This document shows positions 19,528 through 29,559 of a stretch of DNA of 64,000 bases, piece after piece; positions within the stretch are counted from its first letter, which is position 1; every line of letters begins with the position of its first letter. Location of the stretch: positions 151,848 through 215,847 of the forward strand of contig DMZH01000001.1 of the NCBI GenBank assembly GCA_003484955.1. The letters are read 5' to 3'. Origin of the DNA: Candidatus Woesebacteria bacterium. Lineage in GTDB: Bacteria; Patescibacteriota; Microgenomatia; UBA8517. Under the pieces are notes generated by a model that saw nothing but the letters and a program-made list of their open reading frames with translations, did not search any database and was not told the DNA's origin. A program made the position numbers and the translations under genes.

Positions 19528-20570
19528 AAATATTGGCAATAGACACATCTTGCGATGAGACCTCGGCCGCATTAACGGACGGAACAAAAATTCTTTCCAA
19601 CATTATCTGGTCTCAATCCTCCGCGCATGCAAAATTCGGGGGTGTCATGCCCTCGCTTGCACAAAGAATGCATGAGGAAAGAATCGATTGGGTAATAGAC
19701 AGGGCAATTAAGAACTCAAAATGTACAGTCGGTGATTTGGATGCAATAGCGGTAACCACAGGACCCGGTCTTTCAATTGCCTTGGGGGTTGGAATAGACA
19801 GGGCCAAAAAACTGGCAATTAAACACAATAAGAAGCTTATTGCTATAAACCATCTTGAGGGACACATGCTCAGTTGTTTGGCGGGGCCAAACAGTGAGAG
19901 TTTAGAATTAAAAATTAATAATTTACAATTCCCGGCATTAGGACTTGTTGTATCCGGAGGAAATACCCTACTCGTTAAAATAAATAAAATCGGCTCCTAC
20001 GAGATTTTAGCCCAGACAACAGACGACGCTTTAGGAGAGGCTTTGGACAAAGGGGCAAGAATGTTGGGGTTGGGTTATCCGGGTGGCGCTGTTTTGGAAA
20101 AGGTCGCACGTGGCGGAGACATAAAAACCTATACCCTACCTGTTCCAATTGCGGGGCAGGAGAAAAGGCAGATGTTTACTTATTCCGGACTTAAAACCGC
20201 CTTTTCCCGTCTGGTTAAATCTGAGGAACCACTGACTAAAGTAAAAATTCAGAACCTCGCCGCTTGTTTCCAGGATGTGGCGTTTACCCATTTGGTGCGC
20301 GTTTTGCGTTATTACATAATTCATAATTCATCATTCGTAATTCATAATTTGCTTGTGGGTGGTGGTGTTTCTGCAAACATTGAAATTCGTAAACGCTTAA
20401 GAAAACTGTGCAGTCAATATTCTATAAATGTACTTTTTCCAAAATCTAAAAAACTTTATGGAGACAATGCCGCAATGATTGGTATAGCGGCGTATTTTAA
20501 AGCTCAAAGAAATGAATATATAAATCCGAATTTGATTGACAGAAAGCCGGGCGCAAAGATTTTCGATTGA
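19524..20570 (+). CDS. tsaD: tRNA N6-adenosine threonylcarbamoyltransferase TsaD (Kae1/Gcp family)
   Basis: 348 aa, MKILAIDTSCDETSAAL... with metal-binding HLEGH and LVGGGVSAN motifs. Confidence 0.85.
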   Translation: MKILAIDTSCDETSAALTDGTKILSNIIWSQSSAHAKFGGVMPSLAQRMHEERIDWVIDRAIKNSKCTVGDLDAIAVTTGPGLSIALGVGIDRAKKLAIKHNKKLIAINHLEGHMLSCLAGPNSESLELKINNLQFPALGLVVSGGNTLLVKINKIGSYEILAQTTDDALGEALDKGARMLGLGYPGGAVLEKVARGGDIKTYTLPVPIAGQEKRQMFTYSGLKTAFSRLVKSEEPLTKVKIQNLAACFQDVAFTHLVRVLRYYIIHNSSFVIHNLLVGGGVSANIEIRKRLRKLCSQYSINVLFPKSKKLYGDNAAMIGIAAYFKAQRNEYINPNLIDRKPGAKIFD

Positions 20571-22657
20571 TGCTAAAATACAGGCAAGGCAATATTCAGA
20601 TGGATAAAATTTACGAACACCAGAAATACGAGGACAAAATTTACAAAAAGTGGGAAAAATCCGACGCGTTTACCCCGAAAATTTCAAAATTCAAAAAACC
20701 GTTCACTATAATAATGCCTCCCCCAAATGCCAACGATCCCCTCCATATAGGACACGCGAGGTTTGTTGCCGTCGAGGATACATTAATACGTTATCACAGA
20801 ATGAAAGGAGATCCTGCTTTATGGCTTCCTGGAAGTGATCATGCCGGTGTAGAAACGCAGTATGTCTTTGAAAAAAAACTCAGAGAAAAGGGTCAAAGCC
20901 GTTTTGATTTTGACCGCGAAACTCTCTTCAAGATGATTTGGAACTACGTTCAGGAAAATACCGGTGTAATGGAATCACAACTCAAAAAATTAGGTGCTTC
21001 CTGTGATTGGACAAGATCCAAGTTTACACTTAATCCGGAGATAATAAAAATAGTTTATAAGACATTCAAAAAACTTGCAGATGACGGACTGGTTTATAGA
21101 GATAAAAAACTTGTAAATTATTGCACCCATTGCGGCACTGCTTATTCCAATCTTGAAGTAGACTACATTGAAAGGAAAGATCCTCTCTATTACATGAAGT
21201 ACGGACCGTTTACTTTAGCTACCGTCAGGCCGGAAACAAAATTCGGTGACACCGCGGTTGCGGTACACCCGGATGACATTAGATATAAAAAATATATTGG
21301 AAAAACCATCACGGTAAAAGGACTCATCGGAGATTTCAAAGTCAAAGTCATAGCCGACAGACTGGTTGATCCCATCTTTGGAACCGGTGTCGTAAAAGTA
21401 ACTCCCGCACACGACTTTAACGACTTTGAGATGGGGGGGAGACACGGTCTTGAAATCAAACAGGTAATTGGTCTTGATGGAAAACTCAATGAACTTACAG
21501 GCAAATATCAGGGTTTGTATGTCAACCAAGCCAGGAAACAAATTGCGGAAGATCTGGAAAAAGCAGGTCTTTTGGTCAAAATTGATAATGAATACACACA
21601 CAATGTCGGCATTTGCTACAGATGCAAAAACACCATAGAACCAATGATTATGGAACAATGGTTCCTGAAAGTTGCTCCGTTAACAAAACTGGCTATAACT
21701 GCAATTGATAAGGGCGATGTTAAATTTGCCGCAAAGAAATTTGAAAAGATTGCTCTTCATTGGCTCAAAAATCTCAAAGACTGGAATATTAGCCGCCAGA
21801 TTGTTTGGGGAATAAGGATTCCTGCCTACCGATGTGATAAATGCCTTGAATGGACAATTACGGACGGACCCGCTCCCGAAAAATGCGAATCATGCGGACA
21901 CACCAAACTAACTCAAGACCTGGATACATTTGACACATGGTTTTCCTCGGGACAATGGCCTTTTGCTACCCTTAAGACAACCAATCCGAGAGATTTTGAA
22001 TATTTTTATCCGACCTCAGTAATGGAAACTGCTTACGATATTTTACCCTTTTGGGTGATCAGAATGATTATGCTTGGAACCTATATAACCGGAAAAGTTC
22101 CCTTTAGAGAAGTTCTTATCCATGGGCTTGTTAGAGATAAAGAAGGTCAAAAAATCAGTAAGTCCAAGGGAAATGTGATTAACCCCATTGAAATGGTTGA
22201 AAAATATGGCGCGGACGCGCTCCGCATGAGTTTACTTTGGGGTGCCCTTGTGGAAAACGATATTTCTCTATCTGAGGAGAATATTAATGCCCAAAGAAAG
22301 TTTTGCAATAAAATATGGAACGCCTCCCGATTTGTTTCCCAATTTAGTGATGAGGCTAAATTTAACAAATCGTTTGATAAACATCTAAAAGAAGTTGGCA
22401 AAAACGTTACAAAACGTCTTGAAAAATACCAGCTAAGTCAAGCCGCTGAACTTTTATATTCGGAGTTTTGGCATTGGTTTTGCGACGAGTGTATAGAAAA
22501 CTCCAAAAAAGGAGAGATTGGCGCAAAACAACTTAAAGAAGGTCTAATTATATTTATAAAACTACTTCATCCGTTTATGCCTTTTGTAACAGAACAAATT
22601 TGGAGTGAAATTGGGGAAGGTGAACTTCTGATTACCTCTACCTGGCCGAAAGCTTAA
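20570..22657 (+). CDS. valS: valyl-tRNA synthetase (C-terminally short form)
   Basis: The HIGH region is PPPNANDPLHIGHA and the KMSKS motif is KISKSKGN. ValRS-specific segments include TVRPETKFGDTAVAVHPDD and TPAHDFNDFEMGGRHGL (the CP1 editing region). It ends right after the anticodon-binding LHPFMPFVTEQIW segment and lacks the usual C-terminal coiled-coil. The ATG at 20570 overlaps the tsaD stop; alternative starts are TTG at 20567 or ATG at 20600. Confidence 0.8.
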   Translation: MLKYRQGNIQMDKIYEHQKYEDKIYKKWEKSDAFTPKISKFKKPFTIIMPPPNANDPLHIGHARFVAVEDTLIRYHRMKGDPALWLPGSDHAGVETQYVFEKKLREKGQSRFDFDRETLFKMIWNYVQENTGVMESQLKKLGASCDWTRSKFTLNPEIIKIVYKTFKKLADDGLVYRDKKLVNYCTHCGTAYSNLEVDYIERKDPLYYMKYGPFTLATVRPETKFGDTAVAVHPDDIRYKKYIGKTITVKGLIGDFKVKVIADRLVDPIFGTGVVKVTPAHDFNDFEMGGRHGLEIKQVIGLDGKLNELTGKYQGLYVNQARKQIAEDLEKAGLLVKIDNEYTHNVGICYRCKNTIEPMIMEQWFLKVAPLTKLAITAIDKGDVKFAAKKFEKIALHWLKNLKDWNISRQIVWGIRIPAYRCDKCLEWTITDGPAPEKCESCGHTKLTQDLDTFDTWFSSGQWPFATLKTTNPRDFEYFYPTSVMETAYDILPFWVIRMIMLGTYITGKVPFREVLIHGLVRDKEGQKISKSKGNVINPIEMVEKYGADALRMSLLWGALVENDISLSEENINAQRKFCNKIWNASRFVSQFSDEAKFNKSFDKHLKEVGKNVTKRLEKYQLSQAAELLYSEFWHWFCDECIENSKKGEIGAKQLKEGLIIFIKLLHPFMPFVTEQIWSEIGEGELLITSTWPKA

Positions 22658-23562
22658 GGCTTGGCTGTTGCCGATGGTGAACTTGCAGAACTAGCAGTGG
22701 GTGCCGCCTCGATAAACTTAAAAGTAGATAGGATTTGTTCACTTAACGCAAGTGATCCTTCCTCAGATTCATAATATGCCGCTGTTATTACATAGCCATT
22801 GTTTTGTAAAATAATCAAATAATTAGTCTCTTGTAAATGAGGAACAGGAAAACTTGAAGAAATAATAACTTTTAGCCCCTCGTGATTCGCAACAGTAATA
22901 TCTTCGGTTTTGTATGTTAAGTTTACATCGTAGGGTGGATTATTTGATTTCCAAGAATCCGCAAAAGTATCATATTTGTTTCTACCTTCAGAAGTCCACC
23001 AATCATCAGGATTCTTAGAAGATTTATATAAAGTGACAGTAAGAGGTAAAACATCACTAGCTTCATAACCCACTATGTATTCTTTATCACCTGTAAGCTC
23101 AAATTCCGAAAGAACTTTAACTTCATCAGCGTTAGTATTAGGAGGATACCTAAAAGTCAAATTAACCAAACTTATAATAAACGTTTTCCAGTTTGCAGTT
23201 GGGTCAGGGGTTGGTGAAGTAGTCACCACCGCAATGGGTGTCGGGGTTGGTGTCGTACCGGAACCACTAAAATATTTTAACCACAACAAATAACCGCCGG
23301 CAGCAAGAACCGCAATTAACATTAATATTATTGCAACAATCAGAATTGGAGAGCTTTTCTTTGCAGGTTCTGGAGAGTTTGGCGTGGTTGGTGTTTGTGG
23401 TGCAACAGGAGCACTGGGAACATCTGAGTTATCTTGTATCTGAACAGGAGGAACAAAAGTCTCCTTGGGAGTTATGGGTTCAGTCCCCAAACTTTGGGGT
23501 ATTTGTTCCGATGACTGGGGTGGATTATTTTCCCCTTGTGGTATCGAAGTATTTGGGTCCAT
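22654..23562 (-). CDS. hypothetical Pro/Thr-rich membrane-anchored extracellular protein
   Basis: 302 aa. An N-terminal low-complexity P/Q/T-rich region is followed by a TM helix, a TPTP linker and a globular C-terminal domain. No enzymatic motif recognised. Confidence 0.35.
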   Translation of the reverse strand: MDPNTSIPQGENNPPQSSEQIPQSLGTEPITPKETFVPPVQIQDNSDVPSAPVAPQTPTTPNSPEPAKKSSPILIVAIILMLIAVLAAGGYLLWLKYFSGSGTTPTPTPIAVVTTSPTPDPTANWKTFIISLVNLTFRYPPNTNADEVKVLSEFELTGDKEYIVGYEASDVLPLTVTLYKSSKNPDDWWTSEGRNKYDTFADSWKSNNPPYDVNLTYKTEDITVANHEGLKVIISSSFPVPHLQETNYLIILQNNGYVITAAYYESEEGSLALSEQILSTFKFIEAAPTASSASSPSATAKP

Positions 23563-23577
23563 AATTTAGAGTAACAC

Positions 23578-23844
23578 ATGGATAAGGTTAAGGTCAATAA
23601 AGATACTACATACCTAATTCTTATTGTTAGCGCCTTTATATTACTACTTCTTAGTATGGTCAACATTAAAACAATTTCTACAAACAAAGAAGTTCTTGGC
23701 ATCAATACCCAGACCGAATCTGATGAAAAATTTTGGAATGATTTTTTAATAAACAATCCAAACTATATCCCCGGTTGGATTGAAATAGGTAAGTTTGAGA
23801 AAGCTGCCTCCATTAATCCGAACTTTGAAGGTTTAGACAGATAA
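23578..23844 (+). CDS. hypothetical small membrane-anchored protein
   Basis: 88 aa with a single TM helix. No recognisable motif. Confidence 0.3.
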   Translation: MDKVKVNKDTTYLILIVSAFILLLLSMVNIKTISTNKEVLGINTQTESDEKFWNDFLINNPNYIPGWIEIGKFEKAASINPNFEGLDR

Positions 23845-23846
23845 AC

Positions 23847-24530
23847 TTATTCTTTAGGAGCTTCTGTTGGGTTTTCTCCACCCTCGGCCGGCTGCGCTCC
23901 GCCAGTTCCTTCGGCTGCACCCTCAGCAGGAACTTCTCCTTCGACCGGAGCCGGAGCTTCTATCACTTCTTCTTTTTGAGGAGGTTCAACCTTGGCAACA
24001 ATTTCTTCAGCACCGGTTTTAATATCTACCTTAGATTTATCGTATTTTAGATCCTTAACCATTATTGCCTGATCTACCTCGGAAAGAGCACTAACATCCA
24101 CCGTAAATTTCTCGGGTAGGTCTGCAGGCAGTGCCTCGACTTTAATTTCATTGAGATACTGAACTACAGTACCAATCGACTGTTTTTCTGCGGGAGACTC
24201 ACCGGTCAGTTCGACGGGAATATCTGCTTCCACTTTTTCCTTAAGATCAACCTGCAGAAAATCTACGTGAACAGGCTCACTTGTGACTGGATGAACTTGA
24301 AGATTGTGTATAAGAACCGGTCTTTCTTCACTTCCCAAGGTAAGAGTAAGAAGGCCCGTCTCCCCCGCCTCTTTGTATATTTTTTCAAAATCTTTTAAAT
24401 CAACCTGAACAGCCTGTGATTTAACTTTTTTTCCGTAAACGTTTCCGGGTATTATTCCTTTTTTACGAAGATTTTTAACCTTCCTTCCCTCAACCGTTCT
24501 TTTATCTGCTTTAAGTATTGTTTTCGGCAT
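23847..24530 (-). CDS. rplY: 50S ribosomal protein L25 / general stress protein Ctc
   Basis: 227 aa. N-terminus MPKTILKADKRTVEGRKVKNLRKKGIIPGNVYGK and the beta-barrel domain match L25/Ctc. It has an acidic E/P/A-rich C-terminal tail. Confidence 0.85.
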   Translation of the reverse strand: MPKTILKADKRTVEGRKVKNLRKKGIIPGNVYGKKVKSQAVQVDLKDFEKIYKEAGETGLLTLTLGSEERPVLIHNLQVHPVTSEPVHVDFLQVDLKEKVEADIPVELTGESPAEKQSIGTVVQYLNEIKVEALPADLPEKFTVDVSALSEVDQAIMVKDLKYDKSKVDIKTGAEEIVAKVEPPQKEEVIEAPAPVEGEVPAEGAAEGTGGAQPAEGGENPTEAPKE

Positions 24531-24532
24531 TT

Positions 24533-27190
24533 TTAAAATAATATTCGTGCAAACAAATCGCGAACCAATGTTGCATTATAGCAGTATTCATACCCACCCT
24601 GCAACGGCGCGTTGCGGGGACTCTTTGAACACTGGGAAGCAAAGACAGGATTCGATCCTAAAACCTTGACGGGGGTAGTTACTTTTATGCTAACCGGAAA
24701 GCCATCTATCCCGGCTTGTTTCCTGAAGTAAAAACCATACTGGTTCAAAACACCGTCTGTTTTGTTGGTCCAAGAAAATATCAACTTTTTATTTTCCCCT
24801 CCTAACACCTCAGTTATTATGCCAATTTCTTTACGACCCTTTGAATCAGTAATCTCGGGTGTCAGTACCTGATAGTTTTGGCCGAATGTGCTGGTCACGT
24901 TTATGTTGGTGGAATTTTCAGGAACCAAAAGCCTGACATAAGATTTATATCTTCCCGAAGCACCAAGATTAGTATTTGCAGAGTTTTGCAAAGTTAATGT
25001 CAGGGTTTTGTTGATTTCCCCTCCTTTGATATTTATGTCAACTTCAGCACTTCTCTTAACAAAATAGTTTGATTTATTAACACCAACGTTTGCCTCGACG
25101 ATGCCAGCCAGGTCGGAAAAACAATCCCCATCACAACTCGGGATAAACACTGATCCATCCCAATTAAGCGCACTTATCGATTTTTGAACATCTGTTGCAT
25201 GCAAAAATAACTGCACATGTCTTTGTTCTAGACTTTCATAAATTAACTTCAAAACGGATATTTTCTGTGATGATGATAAGTTTCCGATTTCATCAAGTAT
25301 GGTTCTTGAAAGGGCTGTCAAAAAACTGGCTTTTTTGTGTGTACCGGGGAAGAAATTATCCTGTACTTCTGACTGAACTTTTTCATACAAGTTGTTTGAT
25401 GTTATATCCATATTATAATCGGATAAAAATATTGAACCGCTTACTTCCAGAAAATCTTTAATCGGATACAGGTCAATAGAGACAACCCCGTCCACCTGCT
25501 TATCCATTTCTTTATCCAAAAACCACTCGGCCCGCTTCGCAGATGTTGGAAAATCCGGATCCCAGTTTGAATCTCTAAGCCACCAATTTGCCTCACCTAA
25601 ATATTGTCTAATTGGTGCCGGCGGCTCAACATGGCCATTAAGTTGTCCATCAGCTGAATAAACATCACTAATTGCAAAGTCTGAAAGTCTGCCGTTGTCA
25701 AAAGTCAAAAGTCCGTAAGAACCTATGAAGCCTCCTGTAGGACGAAGCTCCATATTATTTTCAAAAAGGACTAAGTATGTTTTACTTTTTTCGCCGCCTA
25801 AAATATCTGGCAGTTTCTCTACAATAATTGTCATTTGAGAAACCAGATTTTTATAGGTTTCAAAATCTACTTTAGACAAAACCATTTTTGCAGCAATCGA
25901 CCCCTCCCCTTTGCCTGTTATTGTTTTTTCTTCAAGAGTTGAAATACTGGTGTAAATTTGACCAAGTTCCCCGTCTGAATCGCTAAGAACACCAGCCGCT
26001 GAATATGGTGAATTTCCAAGCATGTTGCCAAAAAGCGTTTTCCCTTTTTTAATAAGAGGTATCGCACTTATTGCCACATCGGAAGTGTTTTTAAATACAT
26101 ATGATGCATATTCGGTTTCTTTGTAAACCTGTCCTATAAGCGGTATATATTTTAGGACTTTGCTTTCATACAGTCCCACATTAGAAACAATTTTGTTTGA
26201 ATAAAACAGATTTCGAGCAACATCATCACGTCCAGCCCTAAACTCACGATATGCAAAGTAGGTCAAGGATCCACTGACAATTAGGTTTAATATCGGCAGC
26301 AAAAAGACAATTAAAAGCGGTAATAAAATTACTTTTATTCTTTTTCCGGAAGGTTTTCCAATAACTTGTTTATTGTTTTTTTTGAATGGTGGATCTTTCT
26401 GTCTTATATATTTTAAGGGTCTGGAACTGATCCATTTATATGTTTCTGTCAGTGAGTAATTAACATCTCTATTCATCCTGGATATCTCTATGTTTCTTGG
26501 TAATTTATCGGTTGGAGCATTTGGAAGAGAGATATACTTTATATCTCCCACCAATTTGGTGTTGAGTTGCCAAAATACATTGGAGGAGATTTCTGTCCCT
26601 AACAGTAGAATTTCCTTGCCGTAGGGACCAAAAGCAAAAAGCCACTTAACAATCTGTTTTGCCGCGTCACTGGCAAAGACAGGATAAAAAAGCTCTCCTA
26701 CCGGAATTGAAACAGACCTTTCTCCTATCATGTCGTTTAGATAACTGGGTAATTTAAGATTACTTGCCAGGTCGATTCTGGGACCCAAGAGATCACCCAC
26801 ATAAATTACCCCCGCGTTATCCGGGATTTGTAATCCTTCGACACCCAACACTCCATATATTTCTTTGGGTAGAATTACAAACGTTTTAGTGTTTTGAAAA
26901 TCTACAGTCTTCAAAAACTTTTTTATATCACCCTCTGCTGTTGACTTGTTTAAAAAACCTGAACAAAAAATTGTATAGCCGTAGACTACGTTTTTTTGAA
27001 AGGTGTCGTATGCGCCAATACTAAACTTGTTTCTTACGACAATGTGAGATGTCTTCTCTACCCAACCTTTTACATCGGAGGTCACAACGTTTACAAAGCA
27101 ATTGTTTGCCAGAAGATTTTCTAAAATATAGATAGATAGGAAGTTTGGCTCTGAGTAAAGAAGAACTAATGATTTTCCGTCAGGGTTCAT
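24533..27190 (-). CDS. large membrane-anchored protein with DUF4012-like extracellular domain and N-terminal Rossmann-like domain
   Basis: 885 aa with a TM helix around residue 290 (ILLPLLIVFLLPILNLIVSGS). The segment LVLFENNMELRPTGGFIGSYGLLTFDNGRLSDF is characteristic of DUF4012, a family found near polysaccharide loci in Actinobacteria and CPR. Family assignment is from memory. Confidence 0.5.
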   Translation of the reverse strand: MNPDGKSLVLLYSEPNFLSIYILENLLANNCFVNVVTSDVKGWVEKTSHIVVRNKFSIGAYDTFQKNVVYGYTIFCSGFLNKSTAEGDIKKFLKTVDFQNTKTFVILPKEIYGVLGVEGLQIPDNAGVIYVGDLLGPRIDLASNLKLPSYLNDMIGERSVSIPVGELFYPVFASDAAKQIVKWLFAFGPYGKEILLLGTEISSNVFWQLNTKLVGDIKYISLPNAPTDKLPRNIEISRMNRDVNYSLTETYKWISSRPLKYIRQKDPPFKKNNKQVIGKPSGKRIKVILLPLLIVFLLPILNLIVSGSLTYFAYREFRAGRDDVARNLFYSNKIVSNVGLYESKVLKYIPLIGQVYKETEYASYVFKNTSDVAISAIPLIKKGKTLFGNMLGNSPYSAAGVLSDSDGELGQIYTSISTLEEKTITGKGEGSIAAKMVLSKVDFETYKNLVSQMTIIVEKLPDILGGEKSKTYLVLFENNMELRPTGGFIGSYGLLTFDNGRLSDFAISDVYSADGQLNGHVEPPAPIRQYLGEANWWLRDSNWDPDFPTSAKRAEWFLDKEMDKQVDGVVSIDLYPIKDFLEVSGSIFLSDYNMDITSNNLYEKVQSEVQDNFFPGTHKKASFLTALSRTILDEIGNLSSSQKISVLKLIYESLEQRHVQLFLHATDVQKSISALNWDGSVFIPSCDGDCFSDLAGIVEANVGVNKSNYFVKRSAEVDINIKGGEINKTLTLTLQNSANTNLGASGRYKSYVRLLVPENSTNINVTSTFGQNYQVLTPEITDSKGRKEIGIITEVLGGENKKLIFSWTNKTDGVLNQYGFYFRKQAGIDGFPVSIKVTTPVKVLGSNPVFASQCSKSPRNAPLQGGYEYCYNATLVRDLFARILF

Positions 27191-27330
27191 GTTAATTAAT
27201 ATTTTACCGCAACTCCTTATTTTTTATTTAATTAAAATGCTGCAGGAAAATTAGTTTTCAAGTTGGGTTAAAATTATTAAAACTTGCGCCTCACTCGGAA
27301 CGTGAAATTTTCACAGAAAATATCCCGAAA

Positions 27331-27753
27331 TTAAAAGTGTTTGTCCAGTTCTTCGTTTAGCAAAAAATCTGCGACTTTGTTTTGCTCGCGGGGTATGTGT
27401 TTAAAAAATATTTTTTTATCTAATTCGCTAAATATTTTTCTAATCGACAAATTCAAAATCTGTAACTCCGGCTTTTTAATTTTATAAACGCCGTTCAGCT
27501 GTTTAACAACCAGTTCGGAGTCCAGAAAGAAAATAACGTTATTTTCTTTAAATGCGTGTTTACTCTTCAGTAGCCAGTTAAGGGCAAGAAGAACCCCTTC
27601 ATATTCTGCAACGTTATTGGTGTTGGTATTTAAAAATTTTGATTGCTTTTCTAAAACTTTACCTTTCAACTCTGCAACGAAAGCACATGCCGCAGGTCCA
27701 GGATTTCCTCTTGATCCCCCATCTGTATGAATGATTATTGCGTCATTTTGCAT
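27331..27753 (-). CDS. rnhA: ribonuclease HI
   Basis: 140 aa. Catalytic DEDD-type residues sit in the canonical context (IIHTDGGSRGNPGPAACAFV, AEYEGVLLAL, FLDSELVV, NKVADFL). Confidence 0.85.
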   Translation of the reverse strand: MQNDAIIIHTDGGSRGNPGPAACAFVAELKGKVLEKQSKFLNTNTNNVAEYEGVLLALNWLLKSKHAFKENNVIFFLDSELVVKQLNGVYKIKKPELQILNLSIRKIFSELDKKIFFKHIPREQNKVADFLLNEELDKHF

Positions 27754-27844
27754 GCAATAAGTTTACCACGAGACTTTCGTTTCGTTGAGTGGCAAGCTAC
27801 GCTTACTTTGAGTTTACGATAAGCAAGCTCCGCTTATCACAAAA

Positions 27845-29101
27845 TTATATTTTTTCTCTGAAAGAAATTCCCAAGAAAAGGGATAAAAGAAGCATGTTTT
27901 GTTGAATAGTAAACCAGTAGTGGTCAAAAAGTCCCGTCGTCAAAATAAAAAATATTATTAAAATCCCCCAGGTGTTTTTCGTTTTAATATTTTTAACGAA
28001 ACATAGCGAAATAAAATAATAAAGAAGGAGAGTGCCGAGAATTCCTATTTCCGTAATAAGAAGTAAATAAATATTATGAACGGGTTGCAGCAACCAAACA
28101 CCGAAAGAGGTATTTGCATAAAAAATTCCGCTAACAATAAAGTTGTTTAAACCGACTCCAGTAGTCCAACTTCCGGAAAATATTTTCCCTGCAACATCAG
28201 CCAGTTCCAATCTTTCACTAAAGTTTTGCGGAAGGGTGATTTTGCTCCCAAGTATTGATCCGGAAAAAACACTAAAGTAAAAACTTAGCAAAAAAAATAA
28301 AATTATAAGTAAGTTAAACCCCTTAATACTAAGGATATGCTTTTTAAAAACAAAATATAAAACCAGACAAAAGAAGAGTCCGACAAATGCCGATGATGAG
28401 AATGTCAAAACAAAAGCCGACAATATTATCAGTAGCCCAAAAAATCTATAAATATTAATATTTTTCAAATAGTTAAAATGCAGAAAAATTAGGGATGCTC
28501 CTAAAAATCCCGCAAATGAGTTTGGATGAGAAAACGTTGAATAAATCCGAAGACGGTTATCTCCAAACAAATTAACAAGAGCAATACCAGGAGTGAAAAT
28601 TGTAAAAGATCTTTCTCCCAATAGATATAAAATGTTACCCAGTGTTCTCCCTCTGAAAAACTGCAACACCCCGATAAACGAAAAAAATATTAACGAATAA
28701 AATAATGTCGTAGAAACATTCCTGATACTAAATACGTCTTCTCTGTTTTTGACATAATACCCAAGTGCTACAAACTCAATAATTTTCAACCACTTAATAA
28801 ACGACACATAAAAAACAGATGAGAAGAATAAATTAAAGACAATGAGCCCAAAAAGTAATAGCAGTAAATATTTATATTTTTTGATGTCAGATATGACTTT
28901 GATTCTTTTTCTAATAATCCATGGCACAAAAAGACTAATAAATAAAAGGTCTGTTAAATATATTGTTGGCGAGAGATAGTCAACACGTATGCCGAATACA
29001 AATGCAAAGTTTGGCCAAAAATGAATAGCTAATTGTGTCGGAAAAAGAAAAATTAAAAGAAGATTTAAATATTTACCAAGAAGTTTTGATTTAAGAATCA
29101 C
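27845..29101 (-). CDS. O-antigen ligase / Wzy-type polymerase-like polytopic membrane protein
   Basis: 418 aa with about 10 TM helices and one larger extracytoplasmic loop (Wzy_C-like topology). Low sequence information, so this is a weak call. Confidence 0.45.
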   Translation of the reverse strand: MILKSKLLGKYLNLLLIFLFPTQLAIHFWPNFAFVFGIRVDYLSPTIYLTDLLFISLFVPWIIRKRIKVISDIKKYKYLLLLLFGLIVFNLFFSSVFYVSFIKWLKIIEFVALGYYVKNREDVFSIRNVSTTLFYSLIFFSFIGVLQFFRGRTLGNILYLLGERSFTIFTPGIALVNLFGDNRLRIYSTFSHPNSFAGFLGASLIFLHFNYLKNINIYRFFGLLIILSAFVLTFSSSAFVGLFFCLVLYFVFKKHILSIKGFNLLIILFFLLSFYFSVFSGSILGSKITLPQNFSERLELADVAGKIFSGSWTTGVGLNNFIVSGIFYANTSFGVWLLQPVHNIYLLLITEIGILGTLLLYYFISLCFVKNIKTKNTWGILIIFFILTTGLFDHYWFTIQQNMLLLSLFLGISFREKI

Positions 29102-29559
29102 TTTTTAGGACTGATAATTAAGAACCTCTCTTCTCCTTCGCCCTCAGAGGTCGTCTCCACATCCTTATTGTCGGCAAGAGCCATATGGACGATTCTTCTT
29201 TGCCAGGCTTTCAAATTGTAAAGGTTTTGGGCGGCTCCCGTCTCAATTGCTCTTTGTGCAGTTGTGGTAGCTAAACCTTTAAGATATTCTTCCTCTTTTT
29301 GTCTATAATCCCCCACGTTGACAACAATTTTTGACCACTCCCCTGTCTTTTGTTTAAAAAGAACCGATAAAACATTTTGAATACTTAAAAGTGTTTCCCC
29401 CCTTTTGCCAATCAGAAGGCCTGTGGCATCTCCCGCATCAATATCCACGGTAAAAATCTCATCGCCCTCGTTGAAGCTAACCGAGGACTTAACGTCGGTT
29501 GCCATTAAAGAAAAAAGTTCGTTTACAACTTCTTTTAATATTTCGGTTTTTTCTTTCAT
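29098..29559 (-). CDS. jag: Jag/KhpB (EloR) KH plus R3H RNA-binding protein
   Basis: 153 aa. The KH-like segment is TGLLIGKRGETLLSIQ and the C-terminal R3H-like segment is RRIVHMALAD. It sits immediately downstream of yidC, as in the canonical rnpA-yidC-jag arrangement. Confidence 0.75.
   Translation of the reverse strand: MKEKTEILKEVVNELFSLMATDVKSSVSFNEGDEIFTVDIDAGDATGLLIGKRGETLLSIQNVLSVLFKQKTGEWSKIVVNVGDYRQKEEEYLKGLATTTAQRAIETGAAQNLYNLKAWQRRIVHMALADNKDVETTSEGEGEERFLIISPKK

Noticed and set aside
20316-20353. Iterated ATTCATAATTCAT sequence inside tsaD, at first glance a possible small insertion or repeat element
   Set aside because: The frame is maintained. The encoded segment (RYYIIHNSSFVIHNLL) has the same length as the corresponding linker before the conserved LVGGGVSAN motif in TsaD homologs, so this is just AT-rich coding sequence.
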